A stretch of 63,527 bases of DNA, filler included, from Octopus bimaculoides (taxonomy: Eukaryota): the NCBI RefSeq assembly GCF_001194135.2. It is 4 parts of 4 records of this genome, joined end to end, with 100 filler letters (N's around TTAATTAATTAA, not from the genome) between each part and the next. Parts side by side here need not be neighbours in the genome. Positions count along the whole stretch, not along the records: positions 1 to 17,390 come from NC_068998.1; 3 more parts are not named here. One strand, 5' to 3'. How positions within the stretch are numbered: position 1 is the stretch's first letter; each line of letters opens with the position of its first letter. Both the position numbers and the translations under genes were made by a program. Shown in pieces: positions 1-12,300 of this stretch. Below the pieces are notes generated by a model. It was not told the origin of the DNA, did not search any database, and worked only from the letters and a program-made list of their open reading frames with translations.

Positions 1-777
1 TATATACGTGTATTAAAAGAATCGCATATCAATTCTTCATCTAGGGAGTCCACAAACTTATTATATACATTGTAAATATCTTGTAATGGAAGAAACGCTA
101 AAATTCACAGTCAAATGATAAACAAAAAAACTCTCACAAAAACTGCATTTTCTGGATTGATATGTCAAGTGGTTAATCTCAATTGCTGAATTTTACTGAA
201 CTAAAAATAACTACTCATTTCATTTTGACTTTCGCCACTTTCTATGCACACATCATTATCGCACATGTACAACGAATAAAAAGGCGCAATGATGGTAGAA
301 ATGTGTTAACACTAAGTGGAAAAGGTGATGAATTTTAATTAATGTAAAGCGAAGACGTTTATATTTATTCTATAACGAAGTTTCAGCAACGAAAAATAAT
401 TGGATTAGTAAAGAAACGTATTTTTGTGAGCCACTCAGAATGCAGAATTTTACTTCTTTATGCTGTTGTTCTGAACATATATTTTACTCATAGATTTTTC
501 TTTGGCAATACCAAGTATAAAAATGAAAAGACGTCAGGATTTTCAATTTCCTTAAAAAGAGAAAATATTTGTCCAGAATCAATTACGATGGGCTTTGAAA
601 TAACATTGCAATAAACAGCGTGAAAAGTGCTTGCTCACGGTTTCCCTTATCACTTTAGCCAGTGTTTATGACACAAAAATTAAAATCTGAGTAATCTCTC
701 AACCTCACATAAAAGCAATGGAATGTGTTTAATGCTATGAGAAGCAAGGGAGATCTAACTTTACTGTGGATTATCCT

Positions 778-986
778 GGAGAGATGGCAGAACCGTTAGC
801 ATGCTGCGCAAAATGTTTAGCAGCATTTCGTCCGTCTTTAGGATTTGAATTCGAATTCTGCCGAGGTCGGCTTTGCTTTTCATCTTTCTAGGGTCGATGA
901 AATAAGTACCAGTTGCGCTCTGGGGATCGATGTAATAAACTTACCCCCCCCCCAAACCACTGGCCTTGTGCCAAAATTTGAAACCA
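778..986 (+). mobile_element. tRNA-derived SINE (cephalopod-type family)
   Basis: Head tggcagaaccgttagc...tttcgtccgtc, body gccgaggtcggctttgcttttcatc...gtcgatgaaataagtaccag, tail ggccttgtgccaaaatttgaaacc. The same sequence recurs at 21481-21695, 22964-23133, 23190-23302 and 58452-58650. Confidence 0.85.
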
Positions 987-1189
987 TTATGCTCCTTACT
1001 ATTATTCTGGCAGTTGTCGCCGCTGGCGTTGTTTTTGTTGTTGTTGTTGCTGTTCTTGTTCACGTTGATATGACTTCTTTTTTGGTTCGTTGTTATTGTT
1101 GTTACTATTGTTTTTGCTCTTGCTATTTCTGTTTTTTTTTCCTGAAGTGGTTTTCTTTTTCTTTACTTGCTGAGGTCGGAGGAAGGTGA

Positions 1190-2160
1190 GAGTCTTATGA
1201 TTTTAGCAGGTCCTTGGAAATTGAGGAGATCGACGCCGTTAATGTTCCGTTTAAACTATTGCTCGTGAACACCTAGAAGAAAGACTTGAGTAGGGTGGAG
1301 ATTCCAGAGAGATGATATTCTGGGAGAGAAAAGACTGGGTGGAGAGGCAAGTAGGACAAGGTTGTCTGAGTGTTGGAGAGAAGACACCAGCCATTTCAGA
1401 GGAGTAACTGCTATTATAACAACGATAAAAAAAAATCAAAAAGAGGAGATATCACGCCTGTAGACCAGGTTCGAATGTATCTGTTAGTGATGGAGTGCTA
1501 ATCAGTCGAGTGACCCTACTCTAGATGCTTTCCAGTATATCAGTGCGTGTAGCAGTAGCACCGTACCAGATATGCGGTCGTGTTCCATTGTACGCTTCAC
1601 TTAAGCCTCGCAGAGTGTCATCAGCTGTTGCAGTCAGAAATATCTTTTGACTATTTGAGATGCAATTCTAGCTAAGGATGTACTTTCACCATTTGAGACC
1701 CTCGACGATAGCAAGGCCCAGAACTTAGGGCAACTATGAGGGCTCTAGTTGAATGTTGCTCATATTTAGAGGTGAGTATGTTCTGGTAGTGCTTTCTTGA
1801 TATGAGTAGAGCTTGAACTTTTTGCCCTTAAAAGAGACAAGTTTGGCATGGATCCTCTTAAGGTCCCTGTAAATGGAGTGAATGTAAGTTTTGTGCGTCT
1901 AGGTTGCATGGTTAGGAAACGTTTGCAAGGAATGAAGGGTTTTGTCATTTACATATGAGAGGGCGTTGTTGGATGTGGCGGCACGTGGACATTGATGTAT
2001 AAAAGGAAATGAATTGGAAATAGAGTATGACCTTGGGGAAACCACCAGAGTTGACTGAGAGTAGGACAGAGAAAGTATGTTAATACATGGTCCCATGGTA
2101 CCATCTGAAAGGAAGTTGCTGTTCCAGGTGATAAGAAATTAGTGGAACTCGCAAAGAGGA
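1190..2160 (-). mobile_element. Decayed 3' part of a CR1/L2-group LINE (RT C-terminus)
   Basis: Frameshifted minus-strand pieces: INSG..PQG-like motif, LLRAKS, FFYRCYN..SSEMA and FKRNINGVDL, typical of the CR1/L2 RT C-terminal region. Confidence 0.7.
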
Positions 2161-2819
2161 AGTAGTCTAAGAAGTAATAATCACCAATACCACTAGCAGC
2201 AGCAGTAGCAGCAGCAGTAGCAGCTCAACAGAAACACCAGAAAGAAGTAGAAGAATGACAACAATAAGAACATTAAGAACAACTACTAAGAAAGAAATAA
2301 TTTTGAATGTTACACATTGTATCACCTGCGGCAAGCTACGAATAGTTGTCATTTGTATCTGTATGGTTACACTTTGGAAACAATATTATCTCCATAAACA
2401 CAGGTAAAAAACAAAATGTTGTTTAGCCTTAGGTCAACCTGTTTATTCAAAGTTATGATCAAAATCATTCCAGCTGTGATTGATTATTTTTTCTGACGAA
2501 TTACATTTTATACTGCATTACTCAATGTATCCTTCCTTTCAAGAAAGGACGTTGTGGTCTGGGGAAAATTTTGCTTCTATATCTATCAAGTCCAAACCAT
2601 TGAGGCCTCCTTTGTTAGCTCGAACAAATGACAGACAAATGCTTTATAAATGACATATATGAAAATGCAGGAGCAATAATCTTATATACAACGAAGTATA
2701 TGTAGGATATACACCCTAAAACTAAATACCAAAATCAAACAAAAGTATATAAAAGGTGTATACAAATCTCTAAATACAAATGGTATATAGAAAAGTTATA
2801 TATAAAAAGTACTAAAATA

Positions 2820-2906
<87 letters not shown>
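2820..2906. repeat. (TCTA)n microsatellite
   Basis: Perfect tetranucleotide run. Confidence 0.95.
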
Positions 2907-2907
<1 letters not shown>

Positions 2908-4334
2908 GCCATTATGTCTGTCTGCATCTGTCTATCTGTATGTGATGCATAAAATGCACAAAACTCTCTGTATAACAGAATGTAAAAGGAATGTACAAAA
3001 CGCGTATATAAAGGAACATGTAAAATGCTTTTTCTATTTTTTTGTTTAAAAGAAAAGTTTTATACATTATCTGGTGATAAGGTTATATACTATTAAAATG
3101 AATAGTGAAATACATAGTAAGATTTAATAAAATGCCTCGTTTTTTCCCGCAGGAAATAAAACCCCAACATGAAAAACAGGGAATGAATTCACTCTAATTC
3201 CATTCAGTGATAGAAGTCATTTGAAAGGCCAGAGTTATATAATCGTTGTATACCACGATTAGGTTTCGTCACGTAAACCTTTACAAAGAAAAGACGATCA
3301 AGAAAGTAATATACACAATTACATGGAACCATTCAGTTGTAAATTAGAAAATGTAGTTTGTGGGGATTGATATTGATTGAGAATCTGAATGAACAGGCGG
3401 ATATCCAACATGAAAGGGGACCAGAAAAAAACAGTTAATACGTCGGTGGTTCGTTTCGCTTCTTGTCATCATCATTTGCATAGTGTTTATAGTCGATATA
3501 TTTCGCTTTCCGTAGCGGTGGTCTTTAAGATCTGTATGAGTATTACACGGTAAAGTAGTTCGCTTTAAACTGTAAGCATCAGTCGTAGAGTAAAATTGAT
3601 ACAAGTTTCGTTAGCTGGTAGTTCTGATTTCAACTCCTCTTCTGGGGAATGTTATATTGGACTTACTTTTTACCTTTCTTACAACATATCCTGATTCCAT
3701 ATCGACTAAATAAGTTTTCAGAACTAATCACATCTATTAACATATTTCTTTGAACAAAAAAAAAATAGTAGTAAAGATATAAAGTAGCAATACTTTTTAG
3801 TAAGTGTCTGTGTCTTACACGTGCAGGCTTGGAAGCATTGTGTTCCAGAAAATCATGCCACAACATGGAATCCTGTAACGAGAAATGTATTCCTTATTTA
3901 GTTTCATGCTCATTGACTCCCATGAAACATGGAAACTAAGTTCCTATTGTTACATAGTTCTATTTTCACATTCCAGTCTATTCTGTTAGTCTGTAGTTGT
4001 TACTGTTGTATAGAACTAGGCCAGCTCTATTCAAGCAAACCAATGGCATACAGACAGTCGGGGAAACAATGAGTAATCACTCACATATCTATCATTCTAA
4101 TATATACTATGTCTTGGTTTGACCAGTGAACATATTACCCAATCTGGCATCCATGAGTTAAATATTAAAAAAGACCGTGCTAGTTTCCTATTTTCCACAT
4201 CAAGTTAGACTAGCAAAGTGTTCTGTCGAAGACTCATCTGAATTTTCAGGACTTTCCTAATTATGTTTAGAAGGTAAAGTAGAAATGTTTAATAATAAAT
4301 CTCTGAACGAGGTATAAACAGTAGCTGCACGACA

Positions 4335-4734
4335 ACGTGAAGTATATTTGCCACTTAAATGCGGCTAACCCCTAAAGGTGAATGCTACTGTAGCTTGTAG
4401 CCCCAGGAGAACATCTCCTCCAGCTAGCTATTGACACACTTTCTGTGCGTACGACAATCACCGATCTTCGATGCGAAGTATTTGCATTGGGAGCCCTTCG
4501 CATCGAAGGTCGGTGATTGTCGTACGCTGACGAAGGGTAAATACCCAGAAACCCGGGTCCGTGCGTATCACATCAGGTCGACGATGGGAAGGATGACTTC
4601 CCTTTGCAAATACCGACGGGGCACAGAAAGTGTGTCAATAGCCAGCTGGAGGAGATGTTCCCCTGGGGCTACAAGCTACAGTAGCAATCGCCCTTAGGGG
4701 TTAGCCGCATTTAAGTGGCAAATATACTTCACGT
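4335..4734 (+). mobile_element. 400-bp fold-back element with 114-bp terminal inverted repeats and an internal hammerhead ribozyme
   Basis: 4335-4448 is the reverse complement of 4621-4734 with 5 mismatches. The direct repeat gtagaaatgttta lies at 4279-4291 and 4733-4745. A diverged copy of the right end lies at 5504-5539. Confidence 0.85.
4521..4565 (+). ncRNA. Type I hammerhead ribozyme (minimal, Penelope-type)
   Basis: Stem I CGUACG(4521-26)/CGUGCG(4560-65); core CUGACGA(4527-33); stem II GGGUA-AA-UACCC; GAAA(4548-51); palindromic stem III ACCCGGGU; cleavage triplet GUC, cutting after 4559. Confidence 0.8.
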
Positions 4735-4942
4735 AGAAATGTTTAGTTTATCATAAAACTTTTCTCTCCTCATATATATATATATACATATATATATTTA
4801 TTTATTTATGTGTTTCAGCCAAGTGGCTGCGGTCATGCTGGGTTTTTTATGTTCAGTTATATAAAAACAAATTTTCCTTTATCTGATGGGTTGTTACTCT
4901 ATATACTTTTGTAGAGTACAATTTCATTATTCTTATACAAGG

Positions 4943-4997
4943 ATATTGTAGACAGTCACCTCGAAGTTTCGGCTAGCTAAGCCATCGTCGGACTACG
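4943..4997 (-). ncRNA. Decayed hammerhead-like motif
   Basis: Minus strand gtagt-CCGACGA-t-ggct-tagct-agcc-GAAA-cttcgaggt-g-actgt. Core U4 is C and the triplet is GUG. Confidence 0.45.
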
Positions 4998-5110
4998 TTG
5001 CATTAAAGTTAGCCTTGTTAGTATCTGTTGAGTTAAAATCATCTTCGGACGTGTGGATTTGAGTGGAGAGGTAATTAGGTTTTTATGGTCTGTTGTTAAC
5101 TCTAATGCAT

Positions 5111-5157
5111 CACAGTCCGACGATGGCGCTTAGATGGCCGAAACATCGAAGCCATTG
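5111..5157 (+). ncRNA. Decayed hammerhead-like motif, inverted paralogue of 4943-4997
   Basis: acagt-CCGACGA-t-ggc...gcc-GAAA-catcgaagcc-attgt. Core U4 is C and the triplet is GCC. Confidence 0.45.
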
Positions 5158-5178
5158 TCATATATATATGTATGTATA

Positions 5179-5223
<45 letters not shown>

Positions 5224-6721
5224 TTATGTATGTGCGTGTGTGTATGCATATATAATACNNNNNNNNNNNNNNNNNNNNNNNNNNNNNNNNNNNNNNNNNN
5301 NNNNNNNNNNNNNNNNNNNNNNNNNNNNNNNNNNNNNNNNNNNNNNNNNNNNNNNNNNNNNNNNNNNNNNNNNNNNNNNNNNNNNNNNNNNNNNNNNNNN
5401 NNNNNNNNNNNNNNNNNNNNNNNNNNNNNNNNNNNNNNNNNNNNNNNNNNNNNNNNNNNNNNNNNNNNNNNNNNNNNNNNNNNNNNNNNNNNNNNNNNNN
5501 NNNTGGGGTCAGCCACACTTAAGTGGCAATATACTTCACTTTATATAAATATAGTTTTAGAAAAAAGAACCAAAATTCATGAACTTATCGATGAAAATCC
5601 ACAGTCACATATAGAAAAATTAATAAGTAAATACACGATAAATAAGTATAATTATATTATACTTATCGAGTACTTACTTATTAATTTTTCTATATGTGAC
5701 AATGGATTTTCATGGATATATATATATATATATATATAATTAAGATTCAGTTGAATTAGGTGCTTAAATTGAGGCACTAAGCCAGTTCGGTATAGTCCTC
5801 ACAGCTCCCAGTTAGGTGAACAGAATGTAAATAAGTAACAAGGACGTCTAGGCAACAATACATTACGGCCATTTCGAGCGGTTCCATTTAATCGATCATT
5901 GAAAACATTACATCGATTTGAAAGTAACTGCTCTTCTCAGGTATAGCTGACCATACAGATTTCCAACATAGAGGATAAACCATTTTAAACAAATTTATAT
6001 CAATACTAGAAACCAAAGTAATTACATTGTTTCCTTACGTTATATTTGTGACAGAATGAGTTTAGAAAATAATGCATATCTTATTAAGCTTACTATAGTT
6101 TAGAGAGTAGCAGAGGAAAATAGTGGGGGTCAAGATATAGGAGTGGTGAGACAGTTATTTATATTTAGAAGATTTTATGCAGCATGTAGTCTTCAACCAC
6201 TTAGAATTAAATCCATTGGGAGTTGTCAACTGTGTTCTAGTTGATGGTGATAAATCAAATTATATCAGACAATCTCGCAGACCCTTATTTTACGGGAACT
6301 ATATATCTAGCTTTATCTACATAAAAGGATATGTCTCAGAGCTGCTAGTAAGAGAAGTAAGAAAATGACTTAGCAAATTTATTATATCAAATTTAGAAAA
6401 ATATTTTAAATCAATACATAGGAAAAGGATAGAAATTGAACTTAAAACCTAATAATGGGATTCTATAATATATTAGAGAAAGCTCATAAGGCCTTTCCTA
6501 AGCATATTGTTAAGGTGATCATGATAAAACCATTCCACAATGAATGTAAAGTTGAACTATATTATCATCTGAGTAGGAGTATATAGTATATATTAAAGCA
6601 AAACAAGGATTATTATTCTCATTACGGGTGGATGAGTATAAGATATCGAAAATATGGAATCGAATGTAAGGGGTTATCTAATTAGAGTTATGCTAAATAT
6701 ATAATGGAGTACATGCGTATG

Positions 6722-6755
<34 letters not shown>

Positions 6756-7409
6756 TGTATGTATTTGTGTACGTATGTACGTATGTATGTATATATATGT
6801 ATGTATNNNNNNNNNNNNNNNNNNNNNNNNNNNNNNNNNNNNNNNNNNNNNNNNNNNNNNNNNNNNNNNNNNNNNNNNNNNNNNNNNNNNNNNNNNNNNN
6901 NNNNNNNNNNNNNNNNNNNNNNNNNNNNNNNNNNNNNNNNNNNNNNNNNNNNNNNNNNNNNNNNNNNNNNNNNNNNNNNNNNNNNNNNNNNNNNNNNNNN
7001 NNNNNNNNNNNNNNNNNNNNNNNNNNNNNNNNNNNNNNNNNNNNNNNNNNNNNNNNNNNNNNNNNNNNNNNNNNNNNNNNNNNNNNNNNNNNNNNNNNNN
7101 NNNNNACACACACACACACACACAAATATATATATATATGTATGTATGTATTTATATGAATAAACATATATATTTGCGGATATGTATGTAATGTTCAATG
7201 TAAAATTTTAGATGTTTCATATAAAAGCTGTCATTAAAAAAGGTAAATAACATACCAAGCAATAGTTGTTATACGTTGTTTAGTAGAAGTTTCTGCATTT
7301 TTTCGTACCAAAACTGTACAATCTTACAAGTTATGGAAACAAGAAAATATGTCAGCAAAAGTATTACAAATATCTCGGAAAACAAGAAAAAAAATTGGAA
7401 AAATAAATA

Positions 7410-7810
7410 AGCGAAAGAAAGAATATGAAACAAATATGAATTTATTTCGACATCATGAACAACAGCAGTAGCAACAACCACAACAGAAAACATCCACAGC
7501 AACAACAGCTACAAAAAAAATATCAACAACAATATCAATAATAGCAGTAACAATTACACGAACAAAAACCAAAAACAGCAACAATAATAAGAACAGCAAG
7601 TGCAACTACAGCGATTCAATGAAAAACAGAATGTACCAACGCGAGGAAGAAGTATTATAACAAGAACGATAGTATTCGCAGCAGCAACAGCAACTATAAC
7701 AACAAACGTAACAAATGTATTGAAAACAACCGCAGCATCATGACAACGAAGGAAATTGAAAAATAACAGTGACAACAACTCCAGCCATAGCAGTAATATT
7801 ACTATCGGCA
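7410..7810. repeat. Degenerate (AAC/AGC/AAT)n low-complexity tract
   Basis: Runs of aacaacagcagtagcaacaac; explains the hydrophobic minus-strand pseudo-ORFs. Confidence 0.8.
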
Positions 7811-9299
7811 AGGAAAATAATGGAAAACAAAAATAAAATCGAAACGAAACGAAAGAAAGCGAAAACAAACATGGCCGAAGGAACATAGCTCATAAGACTG
7901 TTTCTGCGTTCTCAAAACAAATACTTAAGGTTTTACATGTGTCGTATAGTAGGCTGAAACATGTCGATCTATCGATACTATGCAAGCAATTAGTAAGCAA
8001 GAGCTTCGTGTATGGTTGTTTAAAATCTAAAACTTAACAATATCTCAAATATACAGAGTGGAGTTGGTGTGTGTTTGTTTTTGTTTTTAAAGGTGACTAG
8101 TGAAAGTAGCAGAGATATTCCGCTATAATCAGAACTTATCAGTGGAGCAAATACTATCTTGATGGTACGATAAAGAGTGACCAATATACCTACATGAACA
8201 CACACATACGCACACGTACACACACAAACACATATATATATACATACATACATGTGTAGACGTGTATGTATATATATATGTATATGCGTGTATGTGCGTG
8301 TATATATATATATATATATATATATATNNNNNNNNNNNNNNNNNNNNNNNNNNNNNNNNNNNNNNNNNNNNNNNNNNNNNNNNNNNNNNNNNNNNNNNNN
8401 NNNNNNNNNNNNNNNNNNNNNNNNNNNNNNNNNNNNNNNNNNNNNNNNNNNNNNNNNNNNNNNNNNNNNNNNNNNNNNNNNNNNNNNNNNNNNNNNNNNN
8501 NNNNNNNNNNNNNNNNNNNNNNNNNNNNNNNNNNNNNNNNNNNNNNNNNNNNNNNNNNNNNNNNNNNNNNNNNNNNNNNNNNNNNNNNNNNNNNNNNNNN
8601 NNNNNNNNNNNNNNNNNNNNNNNNNNNNNNNNNNNNNNNNNNNNNNNNNNNNNNNNNNNNNNNNNNNNNNNNNNNNNNNNNNNNNNNNNNNNNNNNNNNN
8701 NNNNNNNNNNNNNNNNNNNNNNNNNNNNNNNNNNNNNNNNNNNNNNNNNNNNNNNNNNNNNNNNNNNNNNNNNNNNNNNNNNNNNNNNNNNNNNNNNNNN
8801 NNNNNNNNNNNNNNNNNNNNNNNNNNNNNNNNNNNNNNNNNNNNNNNNNNNNNNNNNNNNNNNNNNNNNNNNNNNNNNNNNNNNNNNNNNNNNNNNNNNN
8901 NNNNNNNNNNNNNNNNNNNNNNNNNNNNNNNNNNNNNNNNNNNNNNNNNNNNNNNNNNNNNNNNNNNNNNNNNNNNNNNNNNNNNNNNNNNNNNNNNNNN
9001 NNNNNNNNNNNNNNNNNNNNNNNNNNNNNNNNNNNNNNNNNNNNNNNNNNNNNNNNNNNNNNNNNNNNNNNNNNNNNNNNNNNNNNNNNNNNNNNNNNNN
9101 NNNNNNNNNNNNNNNNNNNNNNNNNNNNNNNNNNNNNNNNNNNNNNNNNNNNNNNNNNNNNNNNNNNNNNNNNNNNNNNNNNNNNNNNNNNNNNNNNNNN
9201 NNNNNNNNNNNNTTTTTTATCCTCTGACCTCTACCGGGTGTCATTCTCCTCAGCATCTCTAACGGCTTATAATAAGGAACTCTTTTCCACCCTCCCTAC

Positions 9300-12200
9300 C
9301 TAGTGTCTACCCCTTGTTGAACGTAGGAATTATATAGCAAATATAACGATGGTGTAGTGTATGCAGGTTGAAGGCTATTTGTATGTTTACGAGATCTTCC
9401 AAATGCGAGCTTTGTTTTCAAATGCATAATGCTTCTGTCAACCATCCCAGGGTCACGCTGGCCCACACCTTCCACACCCTCAGAGTTGACAGACTTAATG
9501 TTGGTACATTGAAAGGTAGGTCTGGTGAGAATGTCGAGCAGCTTGAACAAAAATTAGGAGGATATAGCATTACATAAGGTAGAGGACAACTGGAAGTTCT
9601 TACGGCACAACATGTTGAGGGCTACTGACCAGATCTGTGGCTGGTGCAAAGTTCCCTCTCGACTTAAGGTAACGTGGTGATGGAACAATGTAGTTGACAG
9701 GGCCATTAGGGAAAAGAAACATGACTGGAAGGACTGGAAATGTGGTGGTAGCGGGGAACTGTATCAGATCGCCAGAAGGGAAGCTAGGAGACAGGTTTAC
9801 TTAGTCAGAAGGAAAGCAGAAAAGAAGAAATTTGCCAATGTTCTGCATCATGAAGACCAGAGACTTGAAGTGTTTCGTATTGCAAAACAGTGTATGAGAG
9901 GGAACCATGATGTTATAGGAGAGAAATGTTTCCGCATGGATCATGGCTCACTTGCATTTAATAATGCTGCAAAGAGAGAGACTTGGGGACGCCTCTATGA
10001 AAGGTTACTAAATGAAGAGAATGAGTGGGAGAAAGAGAGCCTGCCAAATGTCAACCCAACAGAGGAACCAGCTATTAGAATTGACAGGACTTTGGTAGAT
10101 AAAGCAATTAAGGGTATGAAGAGAGGTCCATCAGGAATCACTGCAGAGATGCTTAAAATACCTGACGGTGTAGGCTATGGTCTAGTCACCCGTATAGTCA
10201 ACCAAGCGATACATGACGGAGACATACTCAATGACTGGTGTAGCAGCACCATAGACAACTGCTACAAAGATAAAGGTGATGTATTAGATAGGAATAATTA
10301 CAAAGCTATCAGATTGTTGGTTCAGATGATGAAAATCACGGAGAGGGTAATAGCCCAACTAATTAAGGAGAGAGTTAGTTTAGATGAGATGCAGTTTGGG
10401 TTTGGACCAGGGAGAAGCACCACTGATGCTATATTTCTCGTAAGACAGCTGCAGGAGAATTTCCTAGCCAAAGATAAACGACTGTACTTGGATTTCGTTG
10501 ACACGGAGAAAGCTTTTGATAGGGTCCTCCGATCCCTTTTCTGGTGGTCAATGCGGAAACTAGGGATAGATGAGTGGTTGGTGAGAGCTGTACAATCCAT
10601 GAATGCTGTCAGTAAGGTGTCAGGGATGATGTTCATAAGGTGAGGGTTGGCAACGTGTATAGTGAAGAATTCCCGGTAGAAGGGGTTCACTAAGGATCAG
10701 TCCTCAGCTCCCTCTTATTCATCATAGTCCTTCAGGCTATGACAAAGGAATTTAAGACAGGTTGCCCCTGGGAGCTCCTCTATGTTGATGACCTTGCTCT
10801 AATAGCTGAGTCACTACCAGAACTAGAGAAGTTTAAATGTGGAAGCAAGGTCTAGAATCGAAGGGCCTTAGAGTCAATCTAGCAAAAACCAAAGCCTTAG
10901 TAAGTAGGAAGGCGGACAAATCACAAACCCCGTCAGGTACATGACCCTTATCGGTTTGTAGAAAAGGCGTAAGATGTACCCGGTGTAAGCTATGGACACA
11001 TAAGAGGTGCAGCAATATCAAAAGAACTGGGAGGATAGTTTTTGTGAGTGGAAGATACACAGGGGCAATAAACAACGAAGATGTACAGAAAACAGATTCC
11101 ATTACATGCCAAGGGAAAAACTAGAAGTTGTTGATAGCTTCCGTTACCTAGGTGATCAAGTCAGTAGCAGGAGTGGATGGCTCGAGAGCTTAGCTGTTAG
11201 AATAAGAATAGCCTGGGCAATATTCAGAGAGCTCTTACCTCTGTTGGTGACAAAGACCTCTCGCTCAGATTGAAAGGTAGATTGTATGATGCATGTGTGA
11301 ATTGCCATGCTACACAGCAGTGAAACATGGGCTGTGACTGCTGATGACAGACGTAGACTTGAAAGAAATGAAGCTAGTATGCTCTGCTGGATGTGTAATG
11401 TCAGTGTGCATACACGACAGAGTGTAAGCACCCTAAGAGAAAAGTTGGACATAGGAAGCATCAGTTGTGGTGTGCAACAAGAGAGACGACTGCGCTGGTA
11501 TGGCCATGTGGTGCATATGGATGAAGAGCTGTGCGAACAAGAGTCACACCTTAACAATGAAGGGAACCTGTGGAAGAGGTAGACCCAGGAAGACATGGGA
11601 TGAGGTGGGGAAGCACAACCTCCGAACCTTGGGCCTCGCAGAGGCAATGGCAAGCAACCGTGAACTTTGGAGATATGCTATGCTTGCGAAGACCCGGCAA
11701 GCTAAGTGATATCGTAGTCTTGGCCAATGCCAGTGTCGCATAACCGGCCCTTTTAGAAGTGCCCTTCGATCGTCGAGCAATATGCTGTGCTTGAGAAGAC
11801 CTGTTGAGTCAAGGAAAATCGTAGTCGTGGCCGATGCCAGTGCGACCTGACTGGCACCCGTGCTGGTGGCACGTTAAGAGCATCATTCGAGTGAGGCCGA
11901 TGCCAATGCCGGTGGCACGTAAAAAGTACCATTCGAGCTTGGTCGATGTCAGTGCCGCCTGACTGGTTCCCGTGCCGGTGGCACGTAAAACGCACCATTT
12001 GAACGTGGTCGATGCCAGTGCCGCCAGACTGGCTGCTGTGCTGGTGGTACGTAAAAAGCATCATTCGAGGTTGGTCGATGCCTGCCAGGGCCGCCTGACT
12101 GCCCCCCCCGTTCCGGTGGCACGTAAAATGCACCCACTTCACTCTCGGAGCTGTTGACGTTAGAAAAGGCATCCACCTGTAGAAACCTTTCCAAATCAGA

Positions 12201-12300
12201 TTGGAGTCTGGTGCAACCTTGTGACTTACCAGTCCTCCGTCAAACCGTCCAACCCATGCTAGAATGGAAAGCGGACGTTAAACGATGATGATGATGATGA
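9300..12300 (+). mobile_element. RTE-clade LINE, internally deleted and frameshifted, with 3' UTR and (GAT)n tail
   Basis: APE start LNVGTLKGRSGE (~9490); RT motifs DEMQFGFGPGRSTTDAIFLVRQLQE, FVDTEKAFDRV, QGSVLS-like, LYVDDL, FRYLGDQV, MLHSSETWAV, RLRWYGHV, GRGRPRKTW; ends aaagcggacgttaaacgatgatgatg. Confidence 0.92.
11830..12132 (+). repeat. ~66-bp tandem repeat (about 5 units) in the RTE 3' UTR
   Basis: Unit gatgccagtgccgcctgactggttcccgtgccggtggcacgtaaaaagcaccattcgagcgtggtc, repeated with variation. Confidence 0.85.

Noticed and set aside
5760-6660. Possible decayed Penelope-like coding fragment
   Set aside because: No convincing RT or GIY-YIG motif in either orientation; left unclassified.
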